32,000 nucleotides of DNA from Candidatus Methanoperedens sp. (GTDB lineage Archaea; Halobacteriota; Methanosarcinia; Methanosarcinales; Methanoperedenaceae), in assembly GCA_027460535.1 (NCBI GenBank), contig JAPZAR010000027.1:1-32000 (forward strand). Reading direction: 5' to 3'. Under the pieces are notes generated by a model, which ran no database searches, was not told the DNA's origin, and saw only the letters and a program-made list of their open reading frames with translations. A program made the position numbers and the translations under genes. Position 1 is the first letter of the stretch. Every line of letters begins with the position of its first letter. Positions 9,960 through 18,162 of the stretch are shown here, in pieces.

Positions 9960-10204
9960 TCTGCATCCCTCATCTTTTCATATCCTTTTTCAGCTTTCTC
10001 AAAACTCAGTTCGCTCAAGGTTTTTCTAAAATCATCGCCAAGCTCTTCAAGGAGGTCTTTAGTCGTCGTCTCAGAGCCTCTCTCTTCGAGCTTTCCAATA
10101 AACTCGGTTATAGCTTTTCTTACGACTTCGCTCCACCTTATTTCTTTATGTAGCTTCATTCTCGCATATACTTCGTCCGATATCGAAAGGGTTATGTTGG
10201 TCAT
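9926..10204 (-). CDS. vapB: Ribbon-helix-helix antitoxin
   Basis: The N-terminus shows an RHH pattern (ITLSISDEVYARMK...WSEVVRKAITEFI). The gene overlaps the vapC start. Confidence 0.65.
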   Translation of the reverse strand: MTNITLSISDEVYARMKLHKEIRWSEVVRKAITEFIGKLEERGSETTTKDLLEELGDDFRKTLSELSFEKAEKGYEKMRDAEWKRVYTTQIH

Positions 10205-10300
10205 AATCTTATTTATGTGATCTCACTTATTTAAGGATTTTCTTCATTATACATATTGTTCTATATGTAACACATTTATTCCATTATACTGATGCAATAA

Positions 10301-11521
10301 TTAATTTCGGATCTTAACTCTCTTCCTCCCAGTCAGCAGCTCATTCATAAGCCCCTTCTTCACCCTCTCCAGCTTCTCCTTCCTCCTGCGCTCAAGCTCC
10401 AGCTTCCTGTCAGCGGCGCTCAAAATCTCGGCGATGCGGCGCTGTTCGGAGAGAGGGGGAAGTCCAAATTTAAATTTGCTTATTTCCTTCCAAGAAGTTC
10501 TGGGATGGTTTGTTCCAGATGTTGCAGAAATTGAATTTTGAATAAATTGATTTGAATGAATTAAATATATAAGAAATTCTGCCAACGCTCTATTTTCAGC
10601 ATTGGTTAAAACTAATAAATCTGTTGAACAAATGCCATCAAAATCTGCTATAACAGCTTTGTCAAGATAAGGTCGTAGCTTTCCATATAATATATCTCCT
10701 CTGCGAAATCTAAATTTAGAACTTTTAACATCAGTATCTAACTGATATGTATGTATTTTTAGTTCACCTGGGTTTATGTGTTCCAATCCCACAAATTTAT
10801 TCTCTCCTTTTCCTGAAGGCATAGTGATTTCACTTCTATGGTTACATACATCCCCCAGCCTCGACACCCCCCATTCCTCCGGCACCCTCCCAACATCGCT
10901 CTCCTTAAACCTCTCATGCCCTATCCCCCTCGTCAGCAGCCTCTGCATCATCCCCTTCTTCAGGCGCTCCGTGCTCTCGATGGCGCCGCCCACCTTCTGG
11001 ATGGCGCTGTCAACCGTGCCCAGGACTTCGGCAATGCGGCGCTGTTCGGGGAGAGGGGGGAGGGGGATATTTATGTTGCTAACGATTGCTAAATTAAGGC
11101 CACTTCTATCATAATGCCCAGTCAAGTTTCTTATTTCCAAATATCTGTTTGATAAATTATAGTGCAGATATTCTGGAACAAGTTCCGAATTTGGTATCAT
11201 TATGGCAACAGATTGGCTACAGGCCATCGGTCTTTTTATTATGGCAGTTTTTCCTCTTGTTTGTCCCCTCCCGGATAAAGCAATAGCAACGGTGCCAGGC
11301 GGATGAATTTTTGCATTTGAGTTTTCTATACCCGACTGCGTAATTTTTTCTTCGGTATCATAAATATAAAGTTCTTTAATATCACCAGATTTAAGCCATT
11401 TTATAGTGCCTCCAAAATACTCTGGATGCATTGTACTTGGCGTCCCACCTGTCACTACTTTACAAATATCACCTATTCTTACCACTGCCCACTCCCCCGG
11501 TATCTCCCCGATTCCTGTCAT
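10301..11521 (-). CDS. hsdS: Type I restriction enzyme S (specificity) subunit
   Basis: It has two TRDs separated by duplicated conserved regions (LPPLPEQRRIAEVL and LPPLSEQRRIAEIL). The start is trimmed to MTGIGEIPGEWAVV, because the upstream 96 nt of the track ORF is GC-rich repeat sequence. Confidence 0.9.
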   Translation of the reverse strand: MTGIGEIPGEWAVVRIGDICKVVTGGTPSTMHPEYFGGTIKWLKSGDIKELYIYDTEEKITQSGIENSNAKIHPPGTVAIALSGRGQTRGKTAIIKRPMACSQSVAIMIPNSELVPEYLHYNLSNRYLEIRNLTGHYDRSGLNLAIVSNINIPLPPLPEQRRIAEVLGTVDSAIQKVGGAIESTERLKKGMMQRLLTRGIGHERFKESDVGRVPEEWGVSRLGDVCNHRSEITMPSGKGENKFVGLEHINPGELKIHTYQLDTDVKSSKFRFRRGDILYGKLRPYLDKAVIADFDGICSTDLLVLTNAENRALAEFLIYLIHSNQFIQNSISATSGTNHPRTSWKEISKFKFGLPPLSEQRRIAEILSAADRKLELERRRKEKLERVKKGLMNELLTGRKRVKIRN

Positions 11522-11621
11522 CCTCCCGCCCTCCATCCCCCCGCGCGGCTCAACCGCGGATGAAACGCAGGCTGCGGCGCGCGCCCAGGCGCCGGGGCGG
11601 AAGAGGCGTTTAACCACGGAG

Positions 11622-11986
11622 AGCGCAGAGGACGCAGAGATTCCTGCCGCGCAGCTTTGCGCTCTTTGCGTTCTTTGCGGTGAATTATTTTGCTAAAATC
11701 AGTTGCAGTAGGGTATCTGCGTTCATCTGTGTTCATCTGCGGTTCGTTACATTCAGGATGGAACACGGAGGCCACGGATGACACGGATGCACACGGATTA
11801 AAAATATCCGTGAAAATCCGTCCAATCCGTGTCATCCGTGTTCGATGTCGCTGCGGCACCTTTGATATATGTCCAATAAATGTCTGAAACAAGTCCGTTA
11901 TTTCAGCTTTTGCGTCTTTGATGCCCCTTTTGTGTCCCAATACTACCTTTCTAATCATCAACCCAATCATCAATCTAATCATCAAC
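11622..11986. repeat. Repeat-rich spacer of short-period tandem repeats and a nested inverted repeat
   Basis: Repeat families: 9-nt x2 (11622-11639), ctttgcgNt x3 (11655-11681), atctgYgttc x3 (11715-11745) and ctaatcatcaac-type 12-nt x3 (11951-11986). A perfect 16-bp inverted repeat (11773-11788 / 11825-11840) encloses a 7-bp inner hairpin (11792-11798 / 11806-11812). Confidence 0.9.
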
Positions 11987-13025
11987 CTTGTTTTAAGCGA
12001 TAGGAAAGGCTTCGCCCTCTTCCAGCCGGCTCAACAACATCTAATCTAACCAGCTTGATAAGCTCTTTATGAGCAGCCTGTGAAGAAATCTTGAACATCT
12101 CTCTTACGTCCCGATTCGTTATCCTCTCATTGCGGTTTATGAACTCCACAATCATCATCTGCCTCTCTGTAAGGGCAATCTGTCCTTTCTGTGCCTTTCT
12201 CAGCCTTTCGCTGCTGAGCCTTACAACCCTCTCCTTCACTGCTTCAATACTGACCCTGACCCCTTCCACGAAATACTCGAGCCAATTAGTTAAATCAAGT
12301 GTATTCTGGTCAACGCCTTGAAGCGCCCTGTAATAAGAAGGTCTGTCCGAATCGTAGTAATCATCTAAGCAGAAGAACTGCTTGGAATCAAAGCCCCGCA
12401 GGTAGAGTATCAGGGTAGCAAGGACGCGCGCCGTTCTGCCATTGCCGTCCACAAAAGGATGGATTCTAACCAATTCGTAGTGGGTTATCCCGGCTTCGAT
12501 GACGGGATCAAATGCATCGGCTTCGGGGGAGTTAAGCCACTCTAGCAGAGCCCTTACCAGCTTGGGGACGTCTTCATTTGAAGGCGGTCTGAAGAAAATC
12601 TCGCCGGTTAACCTGTTCCCAACAACTACGTAACGACTGCGATAGGCGCCGCAATCAGAAGGATTTTCCAAAGTTTCTTGTGTCAGCATTTTGTGGGCCT
12701 TCAAAAGGTCTTTCTCGGTAATCTCCTCGCCGTCGGTTAGCTTATCAATATTTTCCAGTGCCTCAAGATAGTTTAAGACCTCCAGCCTATCCTTTCGCTC
12801 TGCCATTACTTCGCGTCCGTGAGCCAAATCGCTGACTTGCTCAAGGGATAATCTATTTCCTTCTATACTGGTAGAGGAGTGGGCACTTCTCACGATTGCC
12901 TCGCGGCGAAGGGCAACTTCCCATTTAGGAACTAATGGGGAATTCAGAATTAGTTCTCTCGCGACGGCAATCTGTGTCAGATTATTCACCATCTTATCGG
13001 TATAACGAAAATTTGGTTTGAACAT
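11982..13025 (-). CDS. fic: Fic/DOC family protein (probable AMPylase), class II autoinhibited, with C-terminal wHTH
   Basis: It carries the Fic motif HPFVDGNGRTARV and the N-terminal inhibitory motif STSIEGN, i.e. (S/T)xxxE(G/N). Its ATG directly abuts the hsdM stop. Confidence 0.9.
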   Translation of the reverse strand: MFKPNFRYTDKMVNNLTQIAVARELILNSPLVPKWEVALRREAIVRSAHSSTSIEGNRLSLEQVSDLAHGREVMAERKDRLEVLNYLEALENIDKLTDGEEITEKDLLKAHKMLTQETLENPSDCGAYRSRYVVVGNRLTGEIFFRPPSNEDVPKLVRALLEWLNSPEADAFDPVIEAGITHYELVRIHPFVDGNGRTARVLATLILYLRGFDSKQFFCLDDYYDSDRPSYYRALQGVDQNTLDLTNWLEYFVEGVRVSIEAVKERVVRLSSERLRKAQKGQIALTERQMMIVEFINRNERITNRDVREMFKISSQAAHKELIKLVRLDVVEPAGRGRSLSYRLKQG

Positions 13026-14801
13026 TTACATGACCTCATTCAGATACCCCTGGATATTTTCCTCTACCTTTGCGATTTCTTTCTCTATGCTACGCAACTC
13101 CTCCCATTCCCTGCCTATATCTATTTCCTCCTGCGCCTCCTGTGGAAAAACATAGAGCGTAACGTTCAGGTTATAATCATTCTCTTTTATCTCATCCAGA
13201 GGAACTGCGCGAACAAACCCATCGCTAGCGCCAAATTTCCTGTAAGCCTCCGCAATCCTCTGTATATGCACCTCGCCGAGCCTGTTGAGCTTTCTTACCT
13301 CGGGGTGCTGCTCGAACTCGCTGCTGGCGTTAATGAACAGAACCTTGCCTTTCCTCTCCTCCGGCTTATTCTTATTCAGAAATATCAGGGCGCCCGGCGC
13401 TCCTGTATTATAAAATAGTTTCTCAGGCAGCAGTATCACTCCATCGATTAAATCATCCTCCAGCATCCTGCTCCTGATTGCCTGCTCCTTGCCGCCCCTG
13501 AAAAGGCAGCCGTTATCAATAACCACACCCACCCTTCCAGTATCATCCTTTGCGCTTGCAAGCATGTGCTGCACCCATGCCCAGTCTGCTGATTGCTTCG
13601 GGACAAAACCGTATCTGAAGCGCTGCTTCCAGAACTCGCCCTTCTTTATGACTTCCTCATCATAGCCATCCTGGTTCCATGGAGGATTGGCAATGACCAC
13701 ATCGAATTGTTTCAGCCCCTCACCTTCTTTGAATTTGGGATATAGCAAAGTATCGCCATATGCAAGATTGGCATTTTTTATATCATGGATATAAAGGTTC
13801 ATCCTGCCAAGCGCAAGAGTCTTCTGGTTTGCCTCCTGGCCATAAAGGAACAACCTATCAACCTCTGACTTCCCATACTTGTCTTCAACATGCTTGTACG
13901 AAACGATCAGCATACCGTTAGAGGCTGATGCAGGGTCATACACGCTCTCTCCCGGCTTGGGGTCAAGAATCTCGATCAGGAGCTTGATAACCTCTCTCGG
14001 AGTGTAAACCTCTCCCTCTTTTGCTTTCATCGGCGCGAAATATCTTAAAATCCACTCGTATGCATCCCCGAGAATATCGGGCGAGACATGGTGGAGCTTC
14101 TGAATACTGAAAAGTTCTACAAGCTGCCGCAATATTTCGGCATTTTCCCTGCTTGTGGTGAACTGGATAAAATCAACATTATCAAGGACATCCTTTAAAT
14201 GGGGATTTCGCTCAGCTAATGTCTTCAATGCATGGGATAGCTTTTCTGGAAGTGTACTTACATCTTTTCTGATATTATCCCACAAGAACTCGGGAGGAAA
14301 GTCAAAATCGTGATACGCGGAATTTTTGGCTTCTTCCTTTGCCTCATCCTCGCTTAGACCATCCTCAATAGCTTCCCTATATGCTTTCTCGAATTCAAGC
14401 TCCCACTTATCGCTGAATCTCTTCAGGAACAGGAGGATTAAAATGAACTTATAGTCAACCCTTGTCCTGATGAGATCTGCTGCCTTTTTTAATAACCTTT
14501 CAACCTCTCCCCGGTCTAACTTATTATTGGTAATAGCGAAAATCTCACCAATGATTTTTTCCTTGCTCTTTAGTTTGTATATCCTTTTTCTTGCATCATT
14601 TGGATCCGGTTCGTCGTTGAGCCATCCGGCCTTTCTTATTTCAGAAAGGTAAACGGGTATTTCTTCCCTTCTATCTTTATTTTTCTCTTCCAATATTTTT
14701 GCAGCTTGCTCAATATTAAATTCAGAATCGCTGAATGAATCCCATAACAAAGAATATCTTTTCTCGACCCATGTTGGTACTTTAAATTCCACCTTTGCCA
14801 T
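13026..14801 (-). CDS. hsdM: Type I restriction enzyme M subunit (N6-adenine methyltransferase)
   Basis: It carries motif IV VIANPPWN, motif I region VYDPASASNGML and the HsdM N-domain LLFLKRFSD. ATG 14801 is preferred over the TTG at 14846. Confidence 0.92.
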   Translation of the reverse strand: MAKVEFKVPTWVEKRYSLLWDSFSDSEFNIEQAAKILEEKNKDRREEIPVYLSEIRKAGWLNDEPDPNDARKRIYKLKSKEKIIGEIFAITNNKLDRGEVERLLKKAADLIRTRVDYKFILILLFLKRFSDKWELEFEKAYREAIEDGLSEDEAKEEAKNSAYHDFDFPPEFLWDNIRKDVSTLPEKLSHALKTLAERNPHLKDVLDNVDFIQFTTSRENAEILRQLVELFSIQKLHHVSPDILGDAYEWILRYFAPMKAKEGEVYTPREVIKLLIEILDPKPGESVYDPASASNGMLIVSYKHVEDKYGKSEVDRLFLYGQEANQKTLALGRMNLYIHDIKNANLAYGDTLLYPKFKEGEGLKQFDVVIANPPWNQDGYDEEVIKKGEFWKQRFRYGFVPKQSADWAWVQHMLASAKDDTGRVGVVIDNGCLFRGGKEQAIRSRMLEDDLIDGVILLPEKLFYNTGAPGALIFLNKNKPEERKGKVLFINASSEFEQHPEVRKLNRLGEVHIQRIAEAYRKFGASDGFVRAVPLDEIKENDYNLNVTLYVFPQEAQEEIDIGREWEELRSIEKEIAKVEENIQGYLNEVM

Positions 14802-15116
14802 GAATGCTCTATTGACTAATAAGCTATTTAAATTTTTGCTTATCAATAAGTAATATATATATTTGCTTATCTTTTATCCTTATTCCAATTGATTGATAAT
14901 TTGACTGATATATAACATAAAATAAAATTTACGTTAGTTGTACGGGACAAAAATTAAAGATGTACTTTTAGAGTCAAATACATAATTCAAGCAAGAACTC
15001 AAACTGGAATAACCTTGAAAGGTAAGAACTGCCAAATATAAGAATTATGCAACTCAAGGTGTCCCGGCGTCTAAATTCTTTTAAGGGGAATCTAACTTCT
15101 GTTGGTCGCCCTGTTA

Positions 15117-15302
15117 TCATTTATCCGGCATTTCGGCGAGCTTCAATCCCGCCAGACCCATTATGGTAACAAAGACAAGCACTGCAATGGTGTAGCCATA
15201 GCCCGGAGATGCAGGAAGAAGGAGTTTCGACGAAGTAATTAGAATGATCAATATGATTACGGAACTAACTGATGCAATTATCTCAAGATTCATTTTTTCC
15301 AT
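15117..15302 (-). CDS. Small two-TM membrane protein
   Basis: A 61-aa ORF with two hydrophobic helices. No other support. Confidence 0.35.
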   Translation of the reverse strand: MEKMNLEIIASVSSVIILIILITSSKLLLPASPGYGYTIAVLVFVTIMGLAGLKLAEMPDK

Positions 15303-15344
15303 AACAGCTATACTCTAAATCTATAATATATCAAGATTGCGCAC

Positions 15345-16916
15345 CTACAATGCTACGAGCTTCGCATCAATGATACCATCAACAGACCTTATATCGTCCA
15401 GAATCCCGCTCTCCACCTCGCTATCGATGTTGAGCACCATTATTGCTTTGCCACCTGCGGTTATCCTGCCTACCTGCATGCCTGCGATATTGATATTGTT
15501 CTTTCCCAGGATCATGCAGCATGGGCCTATGATATTGGGATGGTCTTCGATTCTTGTCACAATCATAAAACCTGTGGGAATAACATCGATCCTGTATTCA
15601 TCTATCTGAACGATGCGCGGTTCTTTCCCTATGACGGTACCGCTGACCACTTTCTCCTCATCCTTCTTGCTTAATTTGACGGAGATCTGGCTCGGATAAT
15701 CCGCAGAGGTTTTTGACTTGCTCTCTATTACCATTATCCTTCGATCTTTTGCAATTCCGGGCGCATTAACATAATTCACACCTGCACCCAGTACCGGCTC
15801 AAGCAGTCCCTTCAGTACGGCAAGTGTTAATGGAGCCACATTCTGCTCGGATATCTCCCCGCAGTATGATATCTCCACTTTTTCATAATTGCTCCCTATA
15901 AGCTGCATGCAGAGCTTACCCATTTTTTCTGCAAGAGGGAAATACGGCTCAAGGATCTGCATGACCTCGGCTTTAATATACGGCATGTTGATGGCGTTCT
16001 TTACGGGCAGCCCTTTGAGTGCATTGACTATCTGCTCGGCCACAGAAACTGCCACATTGATCTGGGCCTCCTCGGTCGATGCTCCCAGATGAGGGGTCAC
16101 TACAACATTATCCAGACCAAGAAGCGGGCTGTCAAACGGCGGCTCTTTTACAAAGACATCGATCGCCGCGGCGCTGACTATTCCATCTTTGACGGCTTTT
16201 GCAAGAGCTTCTTCGTTTATGATGCCTCCTCTCGCGCAGTTGATTACTCGGGCACCTTTTCTCATCACCCCGAATTCCCTGGTACTGATGAGGTCTTTGG
16301 TCTCTTTTGTGAGCGGGGTATGTACGGTGATGTAATCCGCACGTTTGACTATATCTTCAACCGTGGTTAGCTCCACACCCAGGTCTTTGGCCCTCTCCGG
16401 CGATATGAACGGGTCATACGCCAGGATCTTCATCTCCATGCCCTGAGCACGCTTTGCGACTTCAGAACCTATTCTCCCGAGCCCAACAACTCCCAGCACC
16501 TTGTCCCTTACCTCGACCCCCATGAACTTTTTCCGTTCCCACTTCTTGCCTTTAAGCGATGCATTGGCCTGAGGGATATTCCGTGATATGGCCATTATCA
16601 TTGCTATTGTATGCTCGGCCGCTGAGATCGTGTTGCCTTCCGGTGCATTGACTACGATGATCCCGCGCTCTGTTGCGGCGCTGACATCAATATTATCCAC
16701 GCCCACGCCTGCACGCCCGATGATCTTGAGCTTTTTGCCCGCATTTATGACATCTTTTGTCACCTGCGTCTCGGAGCGCACAATTAGCGCTTCATAATTC
16801 CCTATCTTCTTGATCAAGTCTGACGGTTGAAGACCCGTTGATATATCAACATCAAATTCTCTTTTTAATATCTCAATACCCTGTTCGGCCACGGGGTCGC
16901 TTACAAGTACTTTCAC
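15345..16916 (-). CDS. serA: D-3-phosphoglycerate dehydrogenase
   Basis: It has the NAD-binding segment GVVGLGRIGSEVA and 2-hydroxyacid dehydrogenase motifs (NCARGG, TPHLGAST). A C-terminal ASB/ACT region brings it to 523 aa. Confidence 0.92.
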   Translation of the reverse strand: MKVLVSDPVAEQGIEILKREFDVDISTGLQPSDLIKKIGNYEALIVRSETQVTKDVINAGKKLKIIGRAGVGVDNIDVSAATERGIIVVNAPEGNTISAAEHTIAMIMAISRNIPQANASLKGKKWERKKFMGVEVRDKVLGVVGLGRIGSEVAKRAQGMEMKILAYDPFISPERAKDLGVELTTVEDIVKRADYITVHTPLTKETKDLISTREFGVMRKGARVINCARGGIINEEALAKAVKDGIVSAAAIDVFVKEPPFDSPLLGLDNVVVTPHLGASTEEAQINVAVSVAEQIVNALKGLPVKNAINMPYIKAEVMQILEPYFPLAEKMGKLCMQLIGSNYEKVEISYCGEISEQNVAPLTLAVLKGLLEPVLGAGVNYVNAPGIAKDRRIMVIESKSKTSADYPSQISVKLSKKDEEKVVSGTVIGKEPRIVQIDEYRIDVIPTGFMIVTRIEDHPNIIGPCCMILGKNNINIAGMQVGRITAGGKAIMVLNIDSEVESGILDDIRSVDGIIDAKLVAL

Positions 16917-17001
16917 GTATTATCACCAGATAAGTCCGCATAATAGGATTACAAGCATTTCAGCTTTTCGTTTATAACCCTGGATTGACGCAAAAATTCG
17001 A

Positions 17002-17367
17002 TCAAATTTCCTTTATTTTTTGGGCTGCTTTTTGCATTTCAAACAGCACCAGGCCCATTTGCGCATTCTTTCCGGTCATTACAACAAGAAGAGCATCATC
17101 TCCACTGCGGATTATCATGACCCTGTGATTTTTTGATTCACAGAGCAATGTGTCATTGGTTTCTTTTGAAAGCTCCTCCATGGTCTCCCCGGCATACCTG
17201 AACGTCGCGGCGCCATATGCCGCAAATGTCTCATTGTCTATCCCATTGGATGAGGCGCTTGACATAACCAATCCGTCATTGGTCACTATGGCCGTGCTCA
17301 GGATATCATTGGAGGATTTCTTTAATTCTTGAAGCAGGTGCAGATATAATTCAGCTTTTGTTGCCAT
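17002..17367 (-). CDS. Roadblock/LC7 (MglB-like) domain protein
   Basis: It shows a typical Roadblock pattern (TNDGLVMSS...FAAYGAATF...ALLVVMTGKNAQMGLV). The ATG at 17367 lies 1 nt after the upstream gene's stop. Confidence 0.7.
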   Translation of the reverse strand: MATKAELYLHLLQELKKSSNDILSTAIVTNDGLVMSSASSNGIDNETFAAYGAATFRYAGETMEELSKETNDTLLCESKNHRVMIIRSGDDALLVVMTGKNAQMGLVLFEMQKAAQKIKEI

Positions 17368-17368
17368 A

Positions 17369-18088
17369 TTACTCACTCTGCATATGTTTTGATAATTTTC
17401 GCAGCATTGTTGCCAGCATATACATGGAAACTATTGCAAAAAAGCCGAACAGCGTTTCAACTATTTCACGAATTGAGTAAGGTATCGGTGAGCCTATACT
17501 TTCTATGAATCCCATCAATTTCCAGGTGAACGCGGAGAATGCCGAAAACTGGAAGAACATATATACTTTCGTAAATTTTCCGGTTGCGTGCGTTCCAAGC
17601 ATATATGTGGCGTAGATTATTATTGCACTTGCTATCATCCATACAAGACTTTCCATGCCTTGCATCTCATTTTTTAGAATGGTAATATCTGTTCCTGAAA
17701 AATACAGATAGAGGAGAATTAACGGAAATACTATGACGAGAGCGAACGGGGCGTATGTTAATATCTTCGATTCTTTCCTTCTCTCGCATATTCTCATATA
17801 TAAGTAGATGAATGCGGATGCCATGAAAATTGCGGACCATATGCCAAAAACGTATCTTATAGAGCCAATATAAAGCGATGTACTTAAATGTCCCAATTCA
17901 CGAATTCCGAAAGAAAGGAAAGTTAAAAACAAAAAAGTCCATGGCATGTCGCCCACATTCCATAAGTGCCTGTACCTGTAGGCAGCTATCGTAAGTATGA
18001 CCGAGACCCACCAGAACAAATTAGAAAAGACTATATGCAGTCCTACGTCTTCCTCAATTCCATACTGACCCAGGTTAATCATGAGCAT
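17369..18088 (-). CDS. Seven-TM integral membrane protein (HisKA_7TM-like stand-alone domain?)
   Basis: Seven hydrophobic helices can be read in 239 aa. There is no soluble domain. Confidence 0.65.
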   Translation of the reverse strand: MLMINLGQYGIEEDVGLHIVFSNLFWWVSVILTIAAYRYRHLWNVGDMPWTFLFLTFLSFGIRELGHLSTSLYIGSIRYVFGIWSAIFMASAFIYLYMRICERRKESKILTYAPFALVIVFPLILLYLYFSGTDITILKNEMQGMESLVWMIASAIIIYATYMLGTHATGKFTKVYMFFQFSAFSAFTWKLMGFIESIGSPIPYSIREIVETLFGFFAIVSMYMLATMLRKLSKHMQSE

Positions 18089-18162
18089 GATAATTAACCT
18101 ATGGGTTATATATTACTTTTTGATAAGGCAAGCCATATTGAAATTTAAATCGCGTTAATTTT

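Noticed and set aside
11522-11617. N-terminal extension of the hsdS track ORF (MVKRLFRPGAWARAAACVSS...)
   Set aside because: It is Ala/Arg/Gly-rich read-through of the GC-rich repeat. The HsdS-like sequence starts at MTGIGEIPGEW.
11518-11985. 155-aa minus-strand ORF spanning the fic-hsdS spacer
   Set aside because: Its translation is just the read-out of short tandem and inverted repeats (MMIRLMIGLMIRK, HRTRMTRIGRIF, HRKERKERK). It has no domain-like segment and overlaps the hsdS start region. It is treated as non-coding repeat sequence or a gene remnant.
13800-13830. Atypical HsdM motif I (DPASASNGML) as a sign of an inactive methylase
   Set aside because: The NPPW catalytic motif and overall length are intact. 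Known active enzymes such as EcoKI (DPAAGTAGFL, from memory) also deviate from the GxGG consensus. The evidence for inactivation is insufficient.
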